From positions 24,647,758-24,711,757 of the forward strand of contig MU056905.1 of the NCBI GenBank assembly GCA_013239625.1: 64,000 bases of DNA, in the 5' to 3' direction. Shown piece after piece: positions 49,991-61,534 of this stretch. This stretch comes from Lama guanicoe. Taxonomy: Eukaryota. The position numbers and the translations under genes are program-made. Position 1 is the stretch's first letter. Every line of letters starts with the position of its first letter. Under the pieces are notes generated by a model. The model worked only from the letters and a program-made list of their open reading frames with translations. It ran no database searches and had not been told where the DNA came from.

Positions 49991-50889
49991 CTCGTCACTG
50001 ATGATGGCCCACCTGCCCTCATAAACACTCAAAAGTCTTTCGCTGCATGTGGCTTACTCCTCACCAGAATGTGTCATATGGGTTTCCTTTTTATGTAACT
50101 GCCTCTGAGAGTCACCTGAAGATGAAAGTGATTTAGCAAAGCTTACTTCTGAGGACAGTGGAAAGCAGAGATTTTCTAACAAAATTCTGAAACCCTTTGA
50201 TTTGGGTCTTGCTTTGTTTCAGAGACGAGAGCAACAGGAGTGGGCTGGAGTGCAGCTCTCCGTGGGGAGCTCAGGGGAGTGCGGCGGTAGGGGCGGTCAA
50301 GCTGGATATAGAATCTATGGGAGAACGATTCCCGAGCTAAGTCCAGCTTGCTCCGCCTCTCTTCAGCTTTAGTGCTGAACGGGAATGTGGATAAGTCTTC
50401 AGCATGTGTGATCCCTTCTCTGGTGTTTTGCGTAGTGAATAAGAGCTTGGACGTAGGTGACAGACAGATGCAGGTGTGGCCTTGGCTCTGGGACTTATCA
50501 GCTGTGTGAGATGGGGCAAATCACGTGATATTCGGAAACTGTGTCTGACACGTGCTTGATAGATGGTCTATTATCATTTCTTTCTCTCATTTTCTAGGTC
50601 CTACATTCTAGGGACAGCATTTTTTACAGTATTTTGTAATATTGAGGTGCTTTGTGTTAATCTTTCTTCTCTTTTTCCACTGCTTCTTTGAAAAACAAGA
50701 TATACTTCTCATTGGAAATTTGGCTGATGTGATTTGGCTGGTGAGAAGCTTGCCCTTAGGGCTAGATGATGAAATGACATGTGAAAGTAGTGATGTCAAG
50801 TGTCACCAGGGGATTAGCACAGAGCAGCCTTGAGCACCCACATGTGTGCACCCTCATTCTCCTATGCAGACACACAGTAGGCAGTGGGC

Positions 50890-51871
50890 TTCTTGTTCTC
50901 CTTCCAAGGAAACTCTGCCCACCCCATTCCACTTCTAAGAAATGTTCTTTTCCTCACTGTAATCATGTGGTTTGGACATATTCTTATGGATCCCACCAAC
51001 CTGGTCTCCCCTGATTGGTTTAGGATGGGCACGTGAACTGTGCTGGGACAACTGGAGTACTTTTCAGGCTTTCAGAACTTGGGATGGGAGGGAGTGAGAT
51101 GTATGCCTGATTACCTGGGTGTCTGTGTTTTCTGTCGTGTGGAGGAAGCCTGTCTGAGAGAATGAAATATATGTGCAGAGAGAAGCAGAAATAAAAGAAA
51201 AGGGATCTGGCAGCTTTTGGGTTCCTTGTTCCGTTTTCCTGGAAGTCATGTGTCCAAGACCTTCCTGTAGTTACATAGGTTAAAAGGTCCCACTCTGTTT
51301 AAAGGTAGTTCAGATTGGGGTTCTGTTGCTGGCAACCTCTCTTATCTATTGCTGTGTAATAAACTACTATAAAACATGGTGGCTTAAGACAACAATATAC
51401 CTTTGCTAACTCTCTCAGTTTCTGTGGGTCAGGAACTCAGGAGCATCTTGGCTGGGTGGTCTTGACTTGGGTTTGGTTTGTTCACGCAGATGTTGGTTGG
51501 AGCTGCAGTCTCCTGAAGGTTTGACTAGGCCTGGAAGATCTTTCCCAGCGTGGCTCAGTCTCATGGTGGTGCATTGGTCCTGGTTGTTGGTGGGAGATTT
51601 CAGTTCTTCTTCACATAGAGCTGCTTGGGCTCTTATGACATGGTGAATGGTGTCCCCTAGGATAAGTAATCCAGGGCACCAAGCTGGAAGGCAAAGGAAC
51701 GTCTGTTACGACTTAGCCTTGAAAGTCAAACACTGTCACTTCTTCAGTATTCTATTGTTGGTATAGGTCAGCCATGATTCAGTATGGGAGGGGATACACA
51801 AGGATCTGGAAACCAAGAGATAAAGACCATTGGAAGCTATCAAAGGAACCAAAAGAGACCTGACTGGTACA
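50890..51871 (+). mobile_element. LTR16/33-like ERVL LTR with a nested antisense MLT1
   Basis: 'gattggtttaggatgggcacgtga'; 'agttcagattggggttctgttgctggcaacc' resumes as 'aaccaaaagagacctgactggtaca' after the insert. Confidence 0.65.
51338..51845 (-). mobile_element. MaLR LTR (MLT1F/G/H-like)
   Basis: 'tatctattgctgtgtaataaactac...ggtggcttaagacaaca...tttctgtgggtcaggaactcagg'. Confidence 0.85.
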
Positions 51872-52219
51872 TTATAGTGACAGATATTCTTCTACTTAAA
51901 GGTTAGATTTTATATCACAGAGGTGTTCTGATCACTAGGATAATCAATATTTATTCTTCAAGTAATTGCCATTATACATCACCTGTCATCTTTTTGGAAG
52001 CTAAATCCATGTAATACATTTTTCTTTCTTTTCAATCACATACATAATCTATAAATGATTCATGGATAGAAGAGTTCCCTTTTTGTCTAAATAGATTTTT
52101 CATGGGTTTAAGTTCCTTGCATGTGGGCAGGCAGGTGTGAGATGATGACATGAAGAAGTTGAGAATAAAGCACCAAGATAGTCTCCTCTACTCTCTGAGG
52201 TCTGACGTCTTCCTAGTTC

Positions 52220-52645
52220 ATAGGTGATATGGTTAAAACAGAGGAATGGAATCTCTGGCTTATAGTTCTAAATTTTCCACATAAACTATGTGGCCTTGGT
52301 CATTTAACATTGTTAAGTCTCTTTCTTCATGTTTAAAAAAGGGATCAACATTTTTACCTTCCAGTGAGAATATGTGGACTCTGTGGCATAATGCATTATA
52401 AACTGTAAGACACTGTTTGTTGGCTCAGAAAAGTACCATGGTATTGGCTCGAGAATCAGAAACCAAACTTGTTCCTAGCTTTGCCACCTGTGGGCCACAT
52501 ACTTTTGCGATTATTTATCCCATTTGAGTTTCAGTTTCCTCCTCTGTAACACTGATTCAATAATGAAACTTCCACTTCATGGAGATAGAAAGTTCCGATA
52601 AAATGCTGCCTGACTGTCAAAGTTTGGTACATGGCTATTGTTAGG
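52220..52645 (+). mobile_element. Two adjacent MIR fragments
   Basis: 'aactatgtggccttggtca' and 'tttcagtttcctcctctgtaac'. Confidence 0.6.
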
Positions 52646-53315
52646 ATTACATCTCCTGTAGAAGAATTGGAACCAAATTTACTGTGCCCTTTATATCAAA
52701 GTCAACATGACTAAGTAGTTTATTTAATGAAATTGTGTATAAGTCAGGTGTGAGCTGAGTGCTCTAGATACAACAGCAAACAAGACAGATGTCATTCTTG
52801 TCTTCTTAGAGCTTAGAGCTTAGAGCTTATGGGGGAGCCAACAAACAGACAAGAAATTACAAAGCAGTGTGATGAACAGTGTGGGTGGGCATGTAGGTGC
52901 TCTGGAAGCCTAACTCACACTTGAAGAGTCATGGAAGGCTTTCAGGAGGAAGTAAGATCTACGGTAAGATCTAAAAATTGAGTTGGAGTTAGTTAGGTTG
53001 AGGGAGGTGGGTAAGATTTTTGTGGGAGGAGTGTTCCAAGTGGAGCAAAGAGCCTTTGTAAAGAATGAGAGGTAAGAGAACACACAGGATGGTCAGAAAA
53101 TCATTCAGTGTGGCTGAAGCCCAGGGGCAGAGGCAGAATAGTAATGTGTGAACCAGAGGCTTAAAGGGATGATGGATCATTAAAAATGGATCCCTTCTTG
53201 TATGTACACTGAGACTTTGCCTTGGGTTTTATCTTGGAGGCAACAAAGATTCCCTGAAGGATTCTAAGGCAGGAAAGAGCCACAATCAGATTTGTAATTC
53301 AGAAAAATCACCCAC

Positions 53316-54095
53316 TCCATATTTCTCAATGAGGCTGCTATTGGCATCTTGGGTGGAACAGTTCGCTGCTGTGCAGGCCATTCCAGGTGTGGTTGGCAGA
53401 TTAATGTCTCTCCAACGTCCTAATTCCTAGAGCCTGTGAATATGTTACATTATATGACAAAGGGGCTTTTGCACGACTGGACCTGAAAGTGGGGAGGTCA
53501 TCCCAGATTACTTAGGTTGGGTGGACCTGATTTAGTCATGTGGGCCATTAAAAAGGGAAGGGGAAAACAGAAGTCAGAGAAAGACGTGACAGAAGAGAAG
53601 GCAAGAAACACAAAGCATAAGAAGGATTCAACCCCCACATTCCCTGCTTTGAAGATGAAGGGGTCATGGGCCAAGTAATGTCCTTAGAAGCTGAGCATGA
53701 TCCCTGCTGCTACTCAGCCAGGAAACTAGGGCCTCAGTCCTACACTCCCACAGAACTGAATTCTGCCAACAGCCTGAGTGTCCCTGGACAGCGTTTCTCC
53801 CCTCAGGGCCCCACTGAAACCTTGACTTTAGCCCTTTATACCTTTGTCAGACTTCTGACCTACAGAATGTGAGATAATAAATGGGTGTTGTTTTCAGTTG
53901 CTAAGTTCGTGGCATTTCGTTACCACAGCAATGAGACAAATACACTAGGTATTTCAGCATCCTTGGTTCCTGCCCTTTTACTGCTAGCATGTCCCCACCC
54001 CTTCCCATTATCATGACAACCCCAAAACACTCTCACACATTTCCAGATGCCTGCTACTGCTGAGGGCAGTCCGCCACTGCCTGAGGACCACTGCT
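53316..54095. mobile_element. MER20-family hAT-Charlie MITE, split by MLT1
   Basis: 'tttctcaatgaggctgctattggcatcttggg' ... 'cagcatccttgg...catttccagatgcc...tgaggaccactg'. Confidence 0.6.
53388..53944 (+). mobile_element. MaLR LTR (MLT1D/E-like)
   Basis: tgtggttggcag ... acaaataca; TSD ccagg (53383-53387) / ctagg (53945-53949). Confidence 0.9.
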
Positions 54096-56337
54096 GTGGA
54101 GAATTACGGATAGGAGGGAGGCTGGGTGGAAGGCAAAGGAACCATTAGAAGGCCATTGTGATATTTAAACAGAGGAATGAAATGGCCTGAAGGAACAGAG
54201 TAGGAACATTCATGGGAATAGAGAAGAGGATGAATTTGAGAGATAATTAGGAGGCAGAATCAATAGGACCCATCAGTGGTGGTTTGATTAGCACTGGAGG
54301 TGAGCCATCTCCTCATCCGTTTGTACCCTCCCCAACCACCACCACCCTTCCACTCCCACCATCACGACACATCTAAAAGCAAACAGCATTTTTGCAGGAA
54401 CCTGACTTCCCTTCCAGTGAGCAAGAGAACACATTCTCAGAGCCATCAGCAATTTGTACCAGGATCAGCCAAAGAAGGGAAATGACAGCAGAGCTACTGC
54501 AAACCCAAAAGGCCCCTTAAGGCCAAAGGCACCCAGTTGGTGAAACAGAGTAATTGCTTGAACAATTTTCAGCCACTCCATGTTGCAACTGACAATAGGA
54601 AATGAGGAGAGATTTTATACCTCCCAACAGAAGCAAGTCAGGCAATCCAAACAGCTGAAATGCAATTTGAACCAGGATGTTTGGCTAAGCCGAGCTAACT
54701 CCTGAATGCAGTTTGAAAGCATTTCACCCTAGAGATTTTTATTTGTACTTTGTCCAAAAGGCCTGTGCCCTCATCTACACACATGTAACCAACTCCTTGT
54801 ACTAGATCCCTTCTGTGTGAAGTACTCAGTGTGGTTCCTGTTTTCCCAACAGGGCTCAGACGAGGCAGGGCACAAAACACACACAACACCTAACAGGCCT
54901 ATTTCAAACAACAAATTTGTTATCACTTGAGGTGTCTCTAGCCCTGATATAGTTTATGCCATGTTCTTTAGTCTAGTGGTGGAGAGGACCAACACTGCAT
55001 AATGAATCCCTAATCTTGGGAGGATGAACACCATGGAGCATGGAACCCAGGACAAATGCGAGTGTCATGGGAACCTTTTAAAGTTGGTTCTGGGCGAGAA
55101 ATGAAAATTCCCCTGGCACCTGCATTTTTCCTACAGTCTTGAAAACAGCCACAGTGACATGAATGAAACATCAAGTCAAAAATAATGATTCAACATAATT
55201 CATAGGTCATGGCAGAGAATCTGTTGTGTTCTTTCATGCACAGGGGTTGATGAACCCTGCAGGCTTTCTTGGCATCAGCACTTTGAGGTGTTCAGTGTGT
55301 ACTATTAAGGCTAATTGGCAAATTTGTAATTCACGTAAAAGTTTTCTGTATCAAAGTCCAATTAAAGCTGACCACACGCTCCCATCCTTGGTAGAACTGA
55401 AACAGCTTATGGTGCCGGGTACTTTGGGTCTGATTAAGTAAAACATTTCCTCCTTTTGGCCTCTTGATTAAAGTCCATTTACATGGACTCAATTCTGTTT
55501 CTTAAAGATGAAGTTATTTCGTATTTAAATCATTATAATAATGCCAAGTTTCAGAGTTAGCCCTAAAGCAGGTGCTTCTGCTTGCCCTCCACGCTTTCCT
55601 TGCTTTGGAGTCATTTTTAGTTCCAAGAGACTTTGTTCTCTGCTCAGACACTGAGGAAAAGCCAACGACAGAAAGCAGGGATCCCACATCCTTGGTGTCA
55701 TTTTCCTGATGCTGACTGTGTATCACTATGTGTGATTTTATAATTACAGCGATTTATTTGATCCTGGATAGGCAAGTCGGCCTGGGAGCTGAAGGGATGG
55801 TTGATGTCAAGATGCTCTAACTTTGATTGGCAATTATCTTCTGAATATTTAGGAATGGTGACAGCCATCTCTTCATTCTTGAATATATTTCCTGGCATTG
55901 TCAGAGCTTCAGTCTCCAAAAGGGAGAGAGAGATCTCCTACATGAGATAGCTAATAAAACCGTAGAATTGGGATTTTTTTCTATAAAAGAAAATCTGTAA
56001 GTGACAAAATATCACACCAAGTGATTTTCCCTCCCAAATGTCCTGCATTGTGCACATGCTTGGCACATGCACAAATTAAGTTTACAGATTCTGTAAAGCA
56101 ATTCATCCTGCACTGAATCTAATGCCAGTAATTTTTCAAGGAAGTCAGCAACATGTAGCCCAAAACGGAAAACACTGCCATTATTTTTTTAAACTTTATT
56201 GTTTTTATTCAATCTGCTACTGAACTGTGACTAAATCATTTACTCTTCACATTTAATTTTTAATTTTGTGGTATTCTTCCTCCATCCAAATAAGGTTGAG
56301 TCCTAAATCCTTGTACCCTAACATCCCAGCTGTACAG

Positions 56338-56501
56338 NNNNNNNNNNNNNNNNNNNNNNNNNNNNNNNNNNNNNNNNNNNNNNNNNNNNNNNNNNNNNNN
56401 NNNNNNNNNNNNNNNNNNNNNNNNNNNNNNNNNNNNNNNNNNNNNNNNNNNNNNNNNNNNNNNNNNNNNNNNNNNNNNNNNNNNNNNNNNNNNNNNNNNN
56501 N
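56338..56501. other. N-run (164 nt)
   Basis: Seen directly. Confidence 1.
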
Positions 56502-57124
56502 AGCTGAGATTTTCTGAAAAGAGGATAGTTTTTTCCCCCCTCACTGAATGCTTTGCTTTCACCAGCAAAAATATTGATCTGGATTTAATAATCTATAGTC
56601 CTTTTGGTTTGATCACACGTAGCAGGAAACCCCAGACAGAGCCACAGCCACATATCCACCAACATGAAATCAATTGCTCCTCTCTAGTAAATGCAGTCAT
56701 TGAGCACCTGATCCATACTGTTGCTTGTTATGTGTAATTAATTAAAGGTTTGACACAGTAGAGATTTGAAAGGCTCTGGGTTTCCCTATTCAAATCCGCT
56801 GAACCAAAAAATGACAGTCAACAAAACTATGCCATAGAAAGATAATGTTTCTGATTATAATTTGTTGTCACCTCCATCAACACGCATTTTGTCACACTAT
56901 TCTCTTAAATGGCCATAATGGTGCTTCTGAGCTCAGTCTGCTCTTGCTCCCAGCTGTTCACGTTAAAGACCATTATGAGTAATAGGTCCATCCTATTACC
57001 TACTTCCGTAATTGTTATAAATAATCAGCATCAGGAAAAGAAACTGACTAGGAACTGGGAGGGCCTTCCAACAACACATCTTCATCCATTGTCTTACTTT
57101 CCATCTGCAAGAAGCGCAGCCAAG

Positions 57125-57432
57125 GGCGTCTTTTAAAATTCAGCATTCTAAGCAATTAAATCAGAATCTCTGGGGGTACGTTGTGGGCTCTGGTATTTTT
57201 AAAAGCTCCCCTGGTCATTTTGATGTGCAGATAAAGTTGAGACTCAGTACTCTACCCTGAAACTTCGTCACTCTTGGTGTGGCCGGGTGCCAGCCTCGTG
57301 GGCTTATTAGAAATGCAGAAATCTGACGAATCAGATTGATTCTACTGAACCCAGTATACTGAGTCAGAATCTGCGTATTAGCAAAATCTCCCAAGTGATT
57401 TGTAGGCACATTAAAGTTTGAAAAAGATTGAC
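57125..57432. mobile_element. Two adjacent MER5-family MITEs
   Basis: 'aattaaatcagaatctctgggg...aaagctcccctggtcattttgatgtgcag' and 'tactgagtcagaatctgcgtattagcaaaatctcccaagtgatt...cattaaagtttgaaaa'. Confidence 0.8.
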
Positions 57433-57529
57433 CTAAACTAAACCACTATTATAAGAAACATCCCCAAGTTAGCAAGCCAACTACTAAACAGAATGGCAGC
57501 TTTCAGTGTTTCTAGAGGAAGTGGGGGAT

Positions 57530-57770
57530 GGACGTGGGCTCTGTTGGCAGTCCTGGGTTTGTGCCTTGGTTACCCAAGTTACTAGCTATGTGACTTTGGG
57601 TCAGTCTCTCTAAGCTTCAGTTTGCTCATCTGTGATGATACTAATGATAGTACCCACCTCCATAGGGTTATTGTGGAAGTAAACCAAAAGATTGCATGCA
57701 AAGAGCTTAACATGGTGTCAGATGCATTGTAAGCAAGCAGTGTGTTTTAGTAACACTACTGTTAATAATA
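57530..57770 (+). mobile_element. MIR SINE
   Basis: 'ttactagctatgtgactttggg...cagtttgctcatctgt...tagtacccacctccatagggttattgtg'. Confidence 0.88.
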
Positions 57771-58228
57771 AAGCTGTACTCTTCAGAAATCTCTACAACT
57801 GCTCAGATGGCTAAGTGCAGATAATAATTCTTTATCTATTTACTGTTAAATCCAAGTGATGCTCTCATGAAGTTGGCCCTAATATGCACATTTAGCTCAC
57901 ACTGATCCCACTCATCATTTACAGGAGGGACAACAGGAAGGTCAGTGGATGCTTAGAAAAACAGTGCAGTGGTGAGATCAACCAGAATGTCTTTCCTAGC
58001 ACCCGAGTCTGGGTGACTTCAGCTTCATTTTCTCTGGAAGCCTCTAACATTGTGTGTAAAAGGACTCACAAAGCTGGCTTCCACAGGGAGCTAACTCTGT
58101 TCACCTAAATTTGGCCTGATTTGGAAAGCTTTCTTGGCTCTCTCCCACCAAATCCAAATGGGGATGGGAGATTTTATTAAAATGACTTGGGCCCAGCCTG
58201 CTCTGTGCTCTGAACCATTGAAGGGAGC

Positions 58229-58472
58229 NNNNNNNNNNNNNNNNNNNNNNNNNNNNNNNNNNNNNNNNNNNNNNNNNNNNNNNNNNNNNNNNNNNNNNNN
58301 NNNNNNNNNNNNNNNNNNNNNNNNNNNNNNNNNNNNNNNNNNNNNNNNNNNNNNNNNNNNNNNNNNNNNNNNNNNNNNNNNNNNNNNNNNNNNNNNNNNN
58401 NNNNNNNNNNNNNNNNNNNNNNNNNNNNNNNNNNNNNNNNNNNNNNNNNNNNNNNNNNNNNNNNNNNNNNNN
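58229..58472. other. N-run (244 nt)
   Basis: Seen directly. Confidence 1.
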
Positions 58473-59282
58473 GATGCTCGCCATGGGCACTGGTGCCAAG
58501 GAAGGATGATCTTGTGGCAGCCTGCCTAATGCTGTGAGTGCCATCTTTTCAATAGTGGGTTCTTATCCTGGACCAGAATGGGAGCACTGGCATTGCATGT
58601 TTCCTTACTGTTGATCACACCTGTTGACAAGGCAGTGCCAAACCAAAAGAAGAGGAAAAGAAAGAAAAGTGCTGTGTGGGAGCATCTTTGGGCTCCCAGG
58701 GCCTGATGGGAGGCACTAAGACAGATTCTAATTAAGTAGGAAGAATCTCTGCCCATGGATATTCTGATGGGGCACAAGACTGGCAAGTCCAACTTTACTC
58801 GGCGTTAGTGCGGGGGGCAGAGGGCAAGCTGCTCCCAGCTGGCAGCTCTGCCCGTATCTAATATAGGAAATATAATAGAACACTGGTCTTTGATGACATC
58901 AGGAGCCAAGCAAACCAGGGGAAATGGATCAGGCTTAGCCTAACCCACTATCCCCTAGCTCCCAATTTTCACCCACCCACTGGCAACAATAGGCCTGATG
59001 AGGACAAGTCACAGGATGTAAAAACCCAGGAGCTGATTTTGTTTTGCATTGGCTAAGCTCGAGAAAGAAAATGAAGCCAGTCAGGAGGAAGCATGATGTG
59101 AGGACATTTTTATGCTGATAAAGTTGAGTAAATTCCCTCTGAGTTTGTTAAGCGCAATAGGAAATAAATTTACATACTTGGTCTCCAGGGGATCACAGAG
59201 GGGTCCAGGAGAGAATCCTCACCGGAAACGTTAGGAAATTACTCATCTCAGCATACCCTGTGGACTTCTCAAGGGCTGAAAA

Positions 59283-59397
59283 CAGTTGTTCTCAGCCCTG
59301 GAATGCTCAGGTGGTAGGGGGTGAGCAATCTTCACTGATGAGAAGCTCAGGTGTGTTACCGTGTCCTGCGCAAGGGGAATAGGTTGAGAAACTGCTG
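59283..59397. mobile_element. Short hAT-Charlie-type MITE, family not recognised
   Basis: TIRs cagttgttctcagcc / ggttgagaaactgctg; 8-bp flanks gctgaaaa / gcttaaag. Confidence 0.5.
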
Positions 59398-59436
59398 GCT
59401 TAAAGACTCGAAGCAACATACATTATTTACACTTGA

Positions 59437-59568
59437 AAGGGAACTATATTTAATATCTTGTAATAAACTTTAATGAAAAAGAATATATATGTATAACTGA
59501 ATTACTCTGCTGTACACCAGAAACTAACACAATGTTGTGTCTCAACTATGCTTCAGAGAAAACAAAAG
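59437..59568 (+). mobile_element. Short L1 3' terminus (artiodactyl-type)
   Basis: 'gggaactatatttaatatcttgtaata...gtataactgaattactctgctgtacaccagaaactaacacaatgttgt'. Confidence 0.85.
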
Positions 59569-59661
59569 GGCATTTGTTAGTCCAGGTTTGTTTTGATCCT
59601 AAGTTTGCATTGTGTTATTGAACTCTCAGTAGTCCGTCAGTTAGATCTGTGGCTAAATCTT

Positions 59662-60108
59662 TGCGGTAGGCTGGACAATCTCTTCAGTGACTAGATATCT
59701 ACGTGCTAATCCCTGGAACTGGGGAATACGCTACCTGATAGGCAAAAGGGATGATGCAGGTGTGATTAGGTTAAGCGTCCTGAGGTGTGGGAGACTAGCC
59801 TGGACTATCTGGTTGATTTAATCATAAGGGTCCTTTCAGAGCAGAAGGCTCTGTGGTGCAGGCAGAAGAGACTGGGTGAGGCATTGAAGATGGAAGAAGG
59901 GGCCAGAAGCCGAGGAATATGAGTAGCTGTCAGAAGCTGCAAAAGGCAAGGAAACCAGTTTTCTCCTTAGAGCTTCCAAAAGGAGCCAGCTGTGTAGACA
60001 ACGTGACTTTAGCCCAGTGAGACTGATTTTGAAGTTCTGATTTGGGAGTGCTTTAGGCCACCAAGTTTGTGATGACAGTTTGTTAAGCAGGAATAGGAAA
60101 CTGAGACA
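59662..60108 (+). mobile_element. MaLR LTR (MLT1D-like)
   Basis: tgcggtaggctg ... ggaaactgagaca; TSD atctt/atcct. Confidence 0.85.
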
Positions 60109-61534
60109 ATCCTTATCCTTAAAGTAGCAGACTCAGGGTGGCCCCACATGGGAGGCTGCCAGGCTACACAAAGCTTGGAGCAATAGTCATTGGCTGCTCT
60201 GACAGAACCAACTAATTGAGTTCATTGTTTTACCCACCAAGTCACTGCCTTTTTTTTTTTTCCCCTCTTGAATACAAAAGATCATAATCAAACCCAATGT
60301 TTTTGCTTTTTCTTTTTGGCATTGCACAAGTCTAACTTCAAAATAAACAATTCCCTATCAGGTCTCAGGTCACACCCTTAAATGTTCAGCGTTTGGCCTA
60401 CCAAGTCTGAATACCATCCAAATTGACATAAGTACCAGTAAGGCCAAATCTAATCACAGGCATTTAGTTCCCAAAGGCAGGGAACAGTTGGAGAGCAGCA
60501 GTTCAGATTTATGTTCAACTAACATTACTATATCCCTACTATGTGCCAGGCACTGGGCATCACACATTTGATGTGTGGAATATCTCCTGAAGCAACACTG
60601 GGTAAACCACAAAGTTACTGGACACACATGCAGTGTGAAGTAGCCATTACAGTCATTAGTGCTTAACCTAAACCTCTTGGCAAGTAATGTAATGCTGTAG
60701 GGCAGTGGCTGGCACTGAATGTTAACCATCAGGTGCCCATCTATGTACCCATCCGTCATTCCACCCCAGCATCTGGATTGCTCATCATTTGCCTGCCCGC
60801 AGTGGCCTTGATCTGCAGAAAGCAAACACCAGGAAAAATTCAGAATTTACCTGTGGTTAAATTATGCTTCAACCAGGTTTTGTTTTTCTATCTGTCATCT
60901 ATCTACCTACCTACCTAACTATATTTTACTTATGGTAGGCTTCTTCTGCTTTTGTCTCCTCTTGGATACAACACAACACACACACAGTAAACACCACGTC
61001 TGCACAATAAGGATAAGTAACCTTGCACTCCTGAGTGACAGGGATCCTACAGGAGGAAAAAGTGGTAATTGTTTTACTTTTCTTTCAAAGAAATTAAGTA
61101 ACTTAAAATTTCTTTTCAAAAAAAGCTTGAGAAATTGAAAGCCTTCTAGTTCAATTGTTTGCCTCCATTGAGTAAAGTTAAAAGAGATCTTTTCCAAATT
61201 GGTTGAGCTTTACCCATGTTTCCTATCAATTGGCCTGTTTCAGTATGCATTTCCAGTAATTGGCATACTGAAAAAATTGCCCTGTCACTTTTTCATTTAT
61301 TATTTGGGCCATATTCTGTCAAGGTTTCCTTTAACAATAAAAGTAAATAAAAATATTTCCCTTGATGTAGCATCTCCTTCTCAATGCTGTTTTCATTTTT
61401 TTGCTTGCAATCCAAGTTAGCGATAATTCAGTCATCTATTATGATGATAGCCTCAATATTTGAGATGCCTATCAGAGTGAAATGAAAGCGTCTCTGTAGA
61501 AGTCAATAGACCAGAGAAGAAAATAATCAAAATA

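Larger units (their letters stand above)
52715..54310 (-). mobile_element. L2 fragment split by a MER20-like element and MLT1
   Basis: Antisense L2 at 52715-53312 continues at 54096-54310 ('ataattaggaggcagaatcaataggac'). Confidence 0.8.

Noticed and set aside
52481-52496. CTCF-like motif (reverse strand GGCCCACAGGTGGCAA) in a MIR
   Set aside because: Mismatch at a core position; such matches are common by chance
52805-52829. (CTTAGAG)3 tandem resembling a telomeric variant
   Set aside because: Local slippage within an L2 fragment; not TTAGGG
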